This document shows positions 52,701-64,000 of a stretch of 64,000 bases of DNA, piece by piece. Source of the stretch: Chiloscyllium plagiosum (Eukaryota); contig NC_057711.1 of assembly GCF_004010195.1 (NCBI RefSeq), positions 73,593,399 through 73,657,398 of the forward strand, read 5' to 3'. Numbering within the stretch: the stretch's first letter is position 1; the number at the start of each line of letters is the position of its first letter. The translations under genes were made by a program, and so were the position numbers. The notes beneath the pieces were generated by a model. It was not told where the DNA came from. It was given only the letters and a program-made list of their open reading frames with translations, and ran no database searches.

Positions 52701-54224
52701 AACCTATCTACAACAATACCACTTTTCAGCAGCTGGGCTGGATATAATGGGCTGGATATTTTTCTTCGTGGCAATTAATAGTGCCAGCATTACCTTACAC
52801 TTTCATAGTCCACAGAATTTCTGTGCAATTTTCAGTGGAAATTACTGTAACTTAGAAAGCCAAATATGATCAAAAATATAAAAGAAGCAGTGAACATTAA
52901 ATAAAAATACAACTGAATGGTATCAGCTACATAACTCACAAAGGCAATGTGCACATAACTTAATGTCAGTCTCATTCCAGTGCTGCATTCTCCCTAAGTC
53001 ATTAATCTCTGTTGTTTATTAACAAAAAGTGGTCAATGATTTTGTTTGTTTCATTTTAAGTTAATTTTTGCAGCCATGTTTCTATGCTGCTGTATTTACA
53101 AGAACAAAATGTTGTGAAATTATATTCCCTGCAAAACTTAAAGTCTCCAGGTCTAACACAATTGTTTGGGCCAATTTTTTAAATATTTTAATTTTTAAAT
53201 GTTTTAATAAAACCTTATCTTAAATGCACTACACATGCATAACTATGGTACAAAGAATTGTTGTTGACTCAGATTTTTCTTGATTATTCGTCAGATTCCT
53301 CAGCTACCCAGAGAGGTGGGCTGTCCCTGCTACCACACCATTTTTAGGAATAAAATTCAAGAACAGTTGCTAGTGACAATGAATAAAAGAGGAAATATTC
53401 AAGTCAGGATGATACTTGGAAAATATGTTGACATGAAACTGCTGCTTTCCTTCTTCTTGGTCATAAAGGTTGAAGGTGAGAATTGCTTTTAGAAACAGAT
53501 GAGTGAATGTTTCATATTTACGACATTGCATAATTGGCAGCTTCACAAACTTATGAACAAGAAGGAGCGTGGGCTGCATGGGCATTCTATCACCATTTAG
53601 ATGATGTGCCATCCTTTCTGTCCTCTTTGCAACTTATTTCGATACCTATCTTTGTGTCGTTAGAAAATGTTGTGCACTCAGCCAAGTCATGCGGATGCAT
53701 TGTGAACGGTTGAATTCCCATTATCATACCCAGTTGCACACCACTCATTACATCTTGCCAAACAGAAAAAAGACTGTTTGATACATGCTTCCTACTTCCT
53801 GTGAGGCTGGAGAAAAGGCAGACCAGTTTCTACCTACATTGCCTCAAATGTATAAGGAGATTATAAAACGCACCAATAGGTTAAATGAATGAGCAAAGAT
53901 TTGGCAAATGGAGTATAATGTGGGAAAATGTGAAATCATCCAATGTGGTGTAAGTATATAAAAAAAAGCACAACAGCTCATGGTGTCAGATTGTTGAGGC
54001 CTATGCTGGAGAGGGTTACGTAGAAGCATAGAAAATAGTAGTATGCACTTTGGGCCTGCTCCACCATTCATTACGATCATGGCTGACTATCTCGACCTGA
54101 TAGCCTGTTCATGCTTGTCCCCCAATGTTCTTTCATTCCATGAGCCCCAAGTGCAATATCCAACTCCTTCTTGAAATCATATAATATGGGTGTAGGTTTG
54201 CTCGCTGAGCTGTAGGTTTGATAT

Positions 54225-54264
54225 CCAGACGTTTCATTACCTGGCTAGGTAATATCATCAGTGG
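54225..54264 (-). ncRNA. Predicted minimal hammerhead ribozyme in the Penelope terminal repeat
   Basis: Minus strand CCA-CTGATGA-T-ATTACCT-AGCC-AGGTAAT-GAAA-CG-TC-TGG: full core, 7 bp stem II, 3 bp stem I; the twin at 58515-58554 reads TAAA instead of GAAA. Confidence 0.75.
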
Positions 54265-55318
54265 CGACCTCCAAGTGAAGTGAAGCTGTTGTCTCCTGCT
54301 TTCTATTTATATGTTTGTCCTGGATGGGGTTCCTGGGGTTTGTGGTGATGTCATTTCCTGTTCGTTTTCTGAGGGGTTGATAGGTGGTCTCTAGATCTAT
54401 GTGCTTGTTTATGGCATTGTGGTTAGAGTGCCAGGCCTCTAGGAATTCTCTGGCATGTCTTTGCTTAGCCTGTCCCAGGATAGATGTGTTGTCCCAGTCA
54501 AAATGGTGGTTTTTTNNNNNNNNNNNNNNNNNNNNNNNNNNNNNNNNNNNNNNNNNNNNNNNNNNNNNNNNNNNNNNNNNNNNNNNNNNNNNNNNNNNNN
54601 NNNNNNNNNNNNNNNNNNNNNNNNNNNNNNNNNNNNNNNNNNNNNNNNNNNNNNNNNNNNNNNNNNNNNNNNNNNNNNNNNNNNNNNNNNNNNNNNNNNN
54701 NNNNNNNNNNNNNNNNNNNNNNNNNNNNNNNNNNNNNNNNNNNNNNNNNNNNNNNNNNNNNNNNNNNNNNNNNNNNNNNNNNNNNNNNNNNNNNNNNNNN
54801 NNNNNNNNNNNNNNNNNNNNNNNNNNNNNNNNNNNNNNNNNNNNNNNNNNNNNNNNNNNNNNNNNNNNNNNNNNNNNNNNNNNNNNNNNNNNNNNNNNNN
54901 NNNNNNNNNNNNNNNNNNNNNNNNNNNNNNNNNNNNNNNNNNNNNNNNNNNNNNNNNNNNNNNNNNNNNNNNNNNNNNNNNNNNNNNNNNNNNNNNNNNN
55001 NNNNNNNNNNNNNNNNNNNNNNNNNNNNNNNNNNNNNNNNNNNNNNNNNNNNNNNNNNNNNNNNNNNNNNNNNNNGGTAGTGAGACTATGGGTCTGAGGG
55101 GGGCTCCTGGTTTATGGATTTTTGGTAGTCCATAGAATCGTGGGGTGTTGGTCCCATCTGGTTGCATTTTCTGGAATTCTGTCTTGTTTAATTGTCCAGA
55201 ATTGTGTAATTTTCTTAGGAGATGTGTAATTTTGTTTCCTAGTTGTGGGGATTGGGTCTAGCGCCACCTGTTGGTTGATGTTGGTGTCTGCGAGTAGTGC
55301 ATTGGCTTTCTTTATGTA

Positions 55319-55413
55319 ATGATGGAAATGTGTTGCTGGAAAAGCACAGCAGGTCAGGCAGCATCTAGGGAACAGGAGAATCGACGTTTCGGGCATTAGC
55401 CCTTCTTCAGGAA
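55319..55413 (-). mobile_element. Family A mini-element nested in the left Penelope arm
   Basis: Minus CTGAAGAAGGGCTAATGCCCGAAACGTCG; TSD TTTCTTTATGTA at 55307-55318 and 55414-55425; absent from the right arm at about 56510-56525. Confidence 0.92.
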
Positions 55414-58400
55414 TTTCTTTATGTAGTCCCTTCTGTTCAGGATGACTGTGAGCCGACCCTTGTCTGCAGGTAATATAACGATGTTTTTGTCTTTTTTGAG
55501 GTTTTCTAGGGTTTTCTTTTCTTGTGTGTTCAGTTTGTTTCTTTCCCTCTTTCAGCTCAGAGTAGGTGCAACTGTCTGTCTGATCGTTTGTTGTGTTTCT
55601 TCCGTGAGTTTGTTGTCCTTCAATGTGGTTTCTAATGCCGCTAGGAAATCCTTCTTGTCAGCGTCTCGGTAATTGAAGTTTAATCCTTTTACTAGTACTG
55701 CTTTTTCTGTGTCTGATAGGGTTCGGTCTGATAAGTTCTTTATCTATGCCCCTGTGTTATCGGTTTTGTCTTTGTTTGTGCGCAACACGCTACAACTTGC
55801 CCGAAGATGGGAAAGGAATGCCATCCGAGAGAGTTCCACCTGTGAACAACTGTACTTCCTGCATGAACGTTTGAGAAAACAGGTACTGCCAAAATGTCTC
55901 CAATACAAACCGCCGATAAAAACACCTCAAGCCAGACGTTTAACAGAACGAAATGGCCACAGAATGCCTCAAGAACTAATCAATGACGCTCACCACAGAC
56001 TCCGAAAATACAATAGGGAAATTGCGCGCCAAAAACCGTTATTCAACCAAGCAACAAATCAAGAATGGACAGACGCAGTAGAACGAGCCATAAACACCAA
56101 ACAACGATAAACACAGATCAAGAAAAATCGGGACCTGAAGAAAAAACTTGACAAACTCACAAACAAAGACAAAACCGATAACACAGGGGCATGGATAAAG
56201 AACTTATCAGACCGAACCCTATCAAACAGAAAAAGCGGTGCAAGTAAAAGGACTAAATTTCAATTACCGAGACGCTGACAAGAAGGATTTCCTAGCGGCA
56301 TTAGAAACCACATTTAAGGACAACAAACTCACGGAAGAAACACAACAAACGATCAGACAGACAGTTGCACCTACTCTGAGCTGAAAGAGGATAGGAAACA
56401 AACTGAACACACAAGAAAAGAAAGTCCTAGAAAACTTCAAAAAAGACAAAAACATCGTTATATTACCTGCAGACAAGGGTTGGCTCACAGTCATCCCGAA
56501 CAGAAGGGACTACATAGAGAAAGCCAATGCACTACTCGCAGACACCAAAACCTACCAACAGGTGGCGCTAGACCCAATCCCCACAACTAGGAAACAAAAT
56601 TACACATCTCCTAAGAAAATTACACAATTCCGGACAATTAAACAAGACGGAATTCCAGAAAATGCAACGAGACGGGACCAACACCCCACGATTCTATGGA
56701 CTACCAAAAATCCATAAACCAGGAGCCCCCTCAGACCCATAGTCTCACTACCAGGAACACCAACTTGCAGACTGGCCAAAGAACTACACGCAAGACTGAA
56801 ATACCTAGTAGATGAGTCACAGCACTCCATCCACTCCACCCAGGAATTCCTAAAAATCATCAAAAACACCAAAATAGAGGAAGATGAAACGATGATCTCA
56901 TTCGACGTAACAGCACTGTTCACCTCCATCAAAATCAACCTGGCAAAGGAAACACTTACCACACTTTTAGAAGAGACCATCACACACATCCCCACCACCA
57001 TCAATCACATTACCAACGAAAACATCATGAAGCTAGTGGACCTGTGCCTTACCACCCACTTCACCTTCAACAACATAATCTACAAACAAACCAATGGCAC
57101 ACCCACGGGATCTCCACTCTCAGGATTCATAGCAGAAGCGGTAATGCAAAGACTAGAACAAACAGCCCTACCAACCATCAAACCAAAAATCTGGGTCCGC
57201 CAAGTAGATGACACCTTTGTCATCACAAAACGAAACAAAATAGAAGAGACATTTAACATCATCAACAACACCCGCACAGACATAAAGTTCACCAAGGAGG
57301 AAAAAACAGACAACAAACTCGCATTCCTGGACGTCACAGTCGAATGAAAGAAGAACGGAGAACTACAAACCTGCAATACAGAATACCGACAAACACTGAC
57401 CAAATACTTCACTACACCAGCAACCATCCCAACACACACAAGCGAAGCTGCATCAGAAGACTATTCCAACGAGCCACCACACACTGTAGCACAGACGAAC
57501 TTCGGAAAACAGAGGAGAACCACCTACACAACGTATTCAAGAAGAACGGATACTCAAAAAATACAGTCCGCAGATTCCTCAAGAACAAACCATGACAAGC
57601 AGACCAAACACAGCCAGAAACTCTAACCAGCTTACCATACATCAAAGAAGTTTCAGAAATGACAGCCAGACTACTAAGACCCTCGGAATCCTAGTAGCAC
57701 ACAAATCCACCAACACTCTCAAACAAAATCTAACAAACGTAAAAGACCCAGTACAACCCATGCACAAAACCAACGTCATTTATAAAATTCCATGCAAGGA
57801 CTGCCACAAACACCATGTAGGACAAACAGGAAGAAAGTTAGCTAGCAGGATACATGAACACCATCTAGCCACAAAAAGACATGACCCTCTCTCCCTCGTA
57901 GTCCTACAAACGGATGAAAAAAACCACTATTTCGACTGGGACAACACATCTATCCTGGGACAGGCTAAGCAAAGACATACCAGAGAATTCCTAGAGGCCN
58001 NNNNNNNNNNNNNNNNNNNNNNNNNNNNNNNNNNNNNNNNNNNNNNNNNNNNNNNNNNNNNNNNNNNNNNNNNNNNNNNNNNNNNNNNNNNNNNNNNNNN
58101 NNNNNNNNNNNNNNNNNNNNNNNNNNNNNNNNNNNNNNNNNNNNNNNNNNNNNNNNNNNNNNNNNNNNNNNNNNNNNNNNNNNNNNNNNNNNNNNNNNNN
58201 NNNNNNNNNNNNNNNNNNNNNNNNNNNNNNNNNNNNNNNNNNNNNNNNNNNNNNNNNNNNNNNNNNNNNNNNNNNNNNNNNNNNNNNNNNNNNNNNNNNN
58301 NNNNNNNNNNNNNNNNNNNNNNNNNNNNNNNNNNNNNNNNNNNNNNNNNNNNNNNNNNNNNNNNNNNNNNNNNNNNNNNNNNNNNNNNNTACCATCTATC

Positions 58401-58630
58401 AACCCCTCAGAAAACGAACAGGAAATGACATCACCACAAACCCCAGGAACCCCATCCAGGACAAACATATAAATAGAAAGCAGGAGACAACAGCTTCGCT
58501 TCACTTGGAGGTCGCCACTGATGATGTTACCTAGCCAGGTAATTAAACGTCTGGATATCAAACCTACAGCTCAGCGAGCAAACCTACACCCTAAACCTCA
58601 ACCTGAGCTACAAACCTTCGCAAACCTTGC

Positions 58631-59080
58631 ATCATATAATATATTGGCCTTGACTGCTTTCTATGGTAGTGAATTCTACAGGTTCACCACTGTCTGTGTG
58701 AAAAGCTTTCTCTTCATCTTCATCCAAATTGATTTGCTTCTTATCCTTAGACTGTGATCCCTGGTTCTGGACTCCCCAGTCATTGGGAATGTCTTCCTTG
58801 AATCCCATTCTTTGTACTTGAATCCTCTCGCTATGAAAGGCCAACATACCATTTGCCTTCTTCAATGCTTGCTGCACCTGCATGCTTACCCTCAGTGACT
58901 GGTGCATGAGGACACCCAGGCCTCATTGCAATTTCCCTTTCTCAATTTATAGCCATTCAGCTAATAACCTGCCTTCCTGTTTTTGCTACCACAGTTGATA
59001 ACCTCATATTTATCCACATTATACTGCATCTGCCATGTATTGGCCCACTCACTCAACTTGTCCATATTACATTGAAGCAT
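58631..59080 (-). mobile_element. CR1 LINE fragment interrupted by the Penelope (its 3' end lies at about 54020-54187)
   Basis: HQSLRVSMQVQQALKKANGMLAF; sequence reads continuously across the Penelope TSD. Confidence 0.8.
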
Positions 59081-59087
59081 CTTTGTC

Positions 59088-60120
59088 ATAAGACCATATG
59101 ATGTACAAACAGAAATGGGTTACCAGCTAATAAATTCTGCTTGCCATTCAACAAGATCATGGCTGATCTCATAATTTTGGACTCTGCTGTCCTGTCTTTT
59201 AGCCGAAACCTTGAATTTTCTTACTGATTAAAAATCTATCTCAACCTTGAATATACGTAATGACCCTGACTGCACCTTGTGATAAGGAATTCCACAAGTT
59301 CACTGCCCTTTGAGAGAAGAAATTCCTCCTCATCTCTGTCTTAATATGTGACCGCTTATTCTGAGTTATGCCCTCTGGTCCTAGACTCTCTGACAAGGGG
59401 AAACAACTTTTCTGCATCTACCTTGTCATCCTTTAAGAATCTGACATGTTTCAAGAAGATTTCTTCTCATTCTTCTACATTCCAATGAGTACAGGCCAAA
59501 TGTACTCAACCACTCTTCACAACACAGTTCCTGTATACCTGGTGAAGGGTCACTGGACTCAAAATGTTAACTCTGCTTTCTCTCCCCAGATGCTGCCAGA
59601 CCTGCTGAGTTTCCCCAGAATTTTTTTGTTTCAGATCTCCAGCATCTGTAGTTCTTTGTTTTATTTTACCTTTATGCCTGGCATCAACCCAGCGAACCTG
59701 CTCTGGACTGCCTCCAGTGCCAGTATATCTTTCCTTAGATAAGGGATCCAAAACTGTTCAGAGTGTTTCAGTTGTGGTCTGACAATACCAAATATAGGTT
59801 TATACTTTTATACTCCATTTCCTTTGAAAATATATTTGACAATAAAATAATTCATTCTTTCAAAAATTAATCATTTATTCATTCATCCATAGTTTCCCTA
59901 TTACCTAGTGAACTTGAATGCTTGCTTTTTGTGATTCATGGATAAGGCTTTCAAATTTCTCAGTTCCATAGATTTCTGCTATCTTTCTCTATTTAAATAC
60001 TATTCAGCTCCTCCATCCTTCCTGTCTAAGTTCACAAACTTACAGTTTCCCATGTTACATTCAATCTGCCAAGTTTTTGCCCACTCGCTTAATATATCAA
60101 GATCCCTCTCTGGATTCTTC
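59088..60120 (-). mobile_element. Older CR1 LINE 3' fragment with a nested family A variant (about 59533-59670)
   Basis: CATAAGACCAT tail; TTCCTTAGATAAGGGATCCAAAACTG; nested GATGCTGCCAGACCTGCTGAGTTTCCCCAG. Confidence 0.75.
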
Positions 60121-61398
60121 ATGGTGGGCAGAGTGAATGTTTGTGGATGTGGTGCCAATCAAGTGGATTGGTTGGTCCTGGATGGTATCAAGGTACTTGA
60201 AAGTTGTTGGAGCTGCACTCATCCAGTCAAATGTAGAATATTCCATCCCATTCCGAGTATTTTACGTTGTAGCTGGTGGACAGGCTTTGGGTAGTCAGTA
60301 GGTGAGTTACTCGCTGCAAGATTCCGAGTCTCTGATAGCCACTGTATTTATATTGCTGAGGGTTAGATACCTCAGTAGCTGGATGGCTGTTTCGTGATGC
60401 GCAGTGATGCCAACAGCGCAGGTTCAATTCCCATACCAGCTAAAGCAACAATGAATGTCCCACCTTCTTCATCTCACCTCTCCCCTGAGGTGTGATGATC
60501 CTCAAGTTAAACCATCATGAGTTGCCTTTTACTAATGAGACAGCAGTGTATGGTCCTCTGGGATTATAGTGATATTGCTGATTTTATATGGCTAGTTCAG
60601 TTGCTAGTCAATGGGAACCCCCAAGATTTTGATAGTAGGGAATTCAGTCTTTGTAAAACCATTGAATGTCAAATGATGATGATTAGATTCGCCCTTGGTA
60701 GAGCTGATTGTTGTCTGGTAACAATTGTGTAACACAAATGTTATTTGCTACTTGTCAGTCCAAGGCATGAATACCACTTTGCATTCATCCCTTGGTGCTA
60801 GCCCATCTGTCAATTTTGACACAAGCCACTCGATGTTAGTAAGGAGGGCTTTGTAGGGTCTCAGGGCTGTGTTTGCCCTTGTTGCTTCGGGTGCCTTAGT
60901 CAATGTCAGATAGTCCATCCAGTTTCATTCCTTTTTGGAACTTTCTGGTGATTGATGTTTTTATATTGTTTAGGTCTCATCCCTGTAGCAGAGTGCACAG
61001 AGAATGCAGTCTTGTTATCCTCACAATATAGTGTTTTAATTCTAGATGATACTCTTCCATATTCTCTTACTTATTGAAGATAACTACTGCAGTTTTTGCA
61101 ATATACATTAATTCCAAACAGTAGTCATACTGGGCTTGAAATGTTAACAACTATTGCTGGCTTCACATATGTTACTTGTTGGGTAACTCTTGCATATTTT
61201 GCTTTTATTTCAAATCTCTAGTCTCCACAATACTTTGCCTTTAATTGTAATATAATGTGTTAATTTCAGTTTTAAATGACAGACTGTTGGTGAGTGAAGC
61301 CTATATATGTGTGAAGGCATCAACAACTTTCCTCATTACATTGTCAATACTGATTGATGGCAGTAAGGAAATAGAATGGACTGTCATATTTTCCTTCC

Positions 61399-62490
61399 CC
61401 TTTCTCTTTCACATCCTCCCACTTCCTCCAGATGAAAGGGGTAGCCATGGGCCCCAGCTATGCCTGTAGCTTTGTTGGCTATGTAGAACAGTCCATCTTC
61501 CGTATCCACCAGCACCATTCCCCACCTTTTCCTCTGCTACATTGATGACTGCATTGGCGCCACCTCGTGCTCCCACGAGGAGGTTGAGCAGTTCATCAAT
61601 TTCACCAACGTATGCCACCCCGACCTTAAGTACACATGGACCATCTCTGACCCCTCCCTCCCCATTCTAGACCTCTCCATCTCCATCAACGATGACCAAC
61701 TCAACACCAACATTTTTTACAAACCCACCAACTCCCACAGCTACCTGGATTACACCACCTCCCACCTCACCTTCTGCAAAAATGCTATCCCATATTCCCA
61801 ATTCCTCCGGCTCCACCGTCTCTGCTCCCAGGAGGACCAGTTCCACCACAGAACACCAGTCACCTTTCCCTGCCACGGCAGGAATTACAAAACTTGCACC
61901 CATACCTCCCCGCTCACTTCCATCCAAGGCCCCAAAGGAATCTTCCACATCCGACAAAGTTTTGCCTGCACTTCCACAAATGTCACTTTATCGCATCCGT
62001 TGCTCACGACATACAGGTCCTGGGCTTCCTCCACTGCCACTCCCTCACCATCCAACATCTTCAGGAAGAACGCCTCATCATCTGCCTCGGAACCCTTCAA
62101 CCCCAGGGCATCAATGTGGACTTCACAATTTTCCTCATTTTCCCTCCCCCCACCTTACCCCAGTTCCAAACTTCCAGATCAGCACCATCCTCATGACCAG
62201 TCCCACCCGTCAATCTTCCTTCCCCCATCCACTCCACCCTCCTCTCCGACCTATCATCTTTACCCCTTCCTCCATCCACCTATTGCACTCCCAGCTACCT
62301 TCTCCTCAGTCCCACCCCCCTCCTATTTATCTCTCCACTCTCGAGGCTTCCAGACTCATTCCTGATGGAGGGCTCCTGCCTGAAATGTCAATTTTCCTGC
62401 TCCTCGGATTCAGCCTGACCTGCAGTGCTTTTCCAGCACTACTCTAATCTAGATTCTTGTCTGCAGCATCTGCAGTCCTCACTTTTGCCT
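61399..62490 (+). mobile_element. 5'-truncated, internally deleted Penelope-like element (Neptune-like), the coding parent of family A
   Basis: FLQMKGVAMGPSYAC, FVGYVEQSIF, FLCYIDDCIG, IPYSQFLRLHRLCSQEDQF, QEERLIICLGTLQPQGINVDF; ends in the family A repeat with CTGATGG-A-GGGCTCCTGCCT-GAAA-TGTC; TSD ATATTTTCCTTCC at 61386-61398 and 62491-62503. Confidence 0.9.
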
Positions 62491-63918
62491 ATATTTTCCT
62501 TCCTGATGGTCAACCAAACTCTTTGCTTCTATGAGAGAGTCTATTCATTTGTTGCTTCAGATGTTTCTCCATATGGAAGATATGAAAGAAAATATACAAA
62601 GAATCATAAACATCACGGAATAACTGTCCAATGAACTCTGTTGGCACACTTTTGTTTGAATCTTAAATAAGCAAGACTGGCATGCAAGTAGACAACCACT
62701 GCAAATTACTTGAAAGCAAAACAATAGCCAAGATGTCTGAAAAGGCAATGACATACAAATAATGGCAATTAAAAGGTAAACTCGCTATTGCCCCAGAAGA
62801 CTAAAGGGCTGCTTTCTCAGTGGAGAGAGACAACTGCTAGTGGCATAATCAGAGAGTCACTTGGCCTCATATTATTCATTTGCCAAAGAACATCAATACC
62901 AAAACTCAACCTCATTGCAGGTCTCAAAAAGTTCTGACGTCTTCCAGTCATAGCAGACCATACCCATCATGTCATCATTGAGATGGAGCACATTGAGCAT
63001 TGAGCAGCATTGGACAGACAATTTTCTCCAGCTTCTGAGTTAGCAGCAGTTGTCTATCATAAACAGCCAAAAATGAAGCTCATTAGTAATAATCAATAAT
63101 AAAAGTAGACAGCATAAAGTAATTATATGTGTAGAAGTACTTATTGATTGGGAGGAGTAGGGAATGCTGTGGAAAATCTCCCCTAAAATCTCCCATTCAT
63201 TCAACTGGTTTCCCAGCTTTGAATTGGTCTCTGACAAGGTCAGAAAATTCCATCCTGTCGGTTAGGTTTTTTCATGACTTGAGATGCTTGGTAAAGCATG
63301 AAGCTCTGCTTAGTTATGTTTCTGTTATTAGATAAGCTGCAATAACTTCTAAAATTGCCATTATTCATATGTCATTGCCTTTTCTGACCCATATAAGTAA
63401 TGGTGCCGCGGGTCTGATTGTCAGGGGCTTTCTGTCATCTTTTTATGTATGTTATGTCTCTCCACAACTGCACAAGTTCAAACCTTGCCTGCATTTTTGA
63501 TTATCGATGTGCTGCAGACAGAGAGATTTAAAATGTAACTCAATCCTACCTGCTGTCTACAGAAGAACTGATAAGTCATCCATCTACATCTTTAAATGAC
63601 CTTGACTCTGAAACTGGAAAGGCTACCCAGCCGAGCCTGGATCCACCCACGGCCTCAACCTTTGAGAACTATATTACCTTAATCTTCATCAGATTTTAAA
63701 AGATTCTTTAGTCTGTCTTCCTACTTTGTACCTTTTATTTGTACGTATGAACTTGAGTGTGTGTGAGAGAGAAGGTTGGAGCATTTTTATTAAATCTTAC
63801 TGAGTTAAGTACGCTTAATATTCTTGTCTTTCTGAATATCTCAAGGAAACCTGTCCACAATTGCAGCTTGGAAACAGGCACTCATTAAGTTGGCAAACAC
63901 ATCCTTTTCAAAACAAAA

Positions 63919-64000
63919 GGGGTGGCGTGGTGGCTCAGTAGTTAGCACGGCTGCCTCACAGTGCCGGGGACTTGGGTTCAACTCCATCCTCTGGCAACCG
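63919..64000 (+). mobile_element. HE1-type SINE 5' end (cut by window edge)
   Basis: GGTGGCGTGGTGGCTCAGTAGTTAGCACGGCTGCCTCACAGTGCCGGGGACTTGGGTTCAACTCC with A/B-box-like motifs. Confidence 0.85.

Larger units (their letters stand above)
54188..58630 (+). mobile_element. Penelope-like retroelement (Poseidon-like), RT + GIY-YIG, disrupted, with a long inverted duplicate on the left
   Basis: PADKG, PRFYGLPKIHKPGAPLRPIVS, MISFDVTALFTSI, YKQTNGTPTGSPLSG, WVRQVDDTFVI, NVIYKIPCKDCHKHHVGQTGRKLASRIHEH; left arm 54188-55780 is the reverse complement of 56158-about 58590; TSD ATCATATAATAT at 54176-54187 and 58631-58642. Confidence 0.95.

Noticed and set aside
61692..62447. 251 aa Pro/Ser/Thr-rich ORF
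   Set aside because: It is an off-frame reading of the C-rich Penelope-like RT/EN fragment; the real motifs are in other frames.
63919..64000. tRNA-like sequence (also at the heads near 25960, 32600, 45815)
   Set aside because: These are SINE heads continuing into HE1 body sequence, not tRNA genes.
29951..64000. A second host gene downstream of tmc1
   Set aside because: No spliceable exon with recognisable protein similarity found on either strand by eye; small exons could have been missed.

Overview
Eukaryotic, AT-rich, repeat-dense DNA, very probably from a shark (HE1-type SINEs, CR1/HER1 LINEs). Three assembly gaps: 17484-17983, 54516-55075, 58000-58389. The first 30 kb holds the 3' part of a plus-strand TMC1/TMC2-subfamily mechanotransduction channel gene, best read as tmc1: 12 coding exons from 2745 to the stop at 29550, one cut by a gap, one with a GC donor, ending in a long Pro/Arg/Gly-rich tail. 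In the remaining 34 kb I recognise no host gene, only transposon remnants: CR1 LINEs, SINEs, a decayed Ty3/Gypsy gag-protease, a rearranged Harbinger transposase, a 4.4 kb fold-back Penelope element and a 1.1 kb truncated second Penelope-like element (PLE). The most striking signal is RNA-structural. Three unrelated PLE-type terminal-repeat families all carry a minimal hammerhead-ribozyme core (CUGANGA-N-stem II-GAAA-CG/GC-UH) with different but base-paired stems. About 20 short non-coding copies, many folded back on themselves and flanked by 12-16 bp target-site duplications (TSDs), are scattered through the window, including tmc1 introns and its 3' end. All calls were made by eye. Repeat boundaries are approximate and comparisons with human proteins are from memory.
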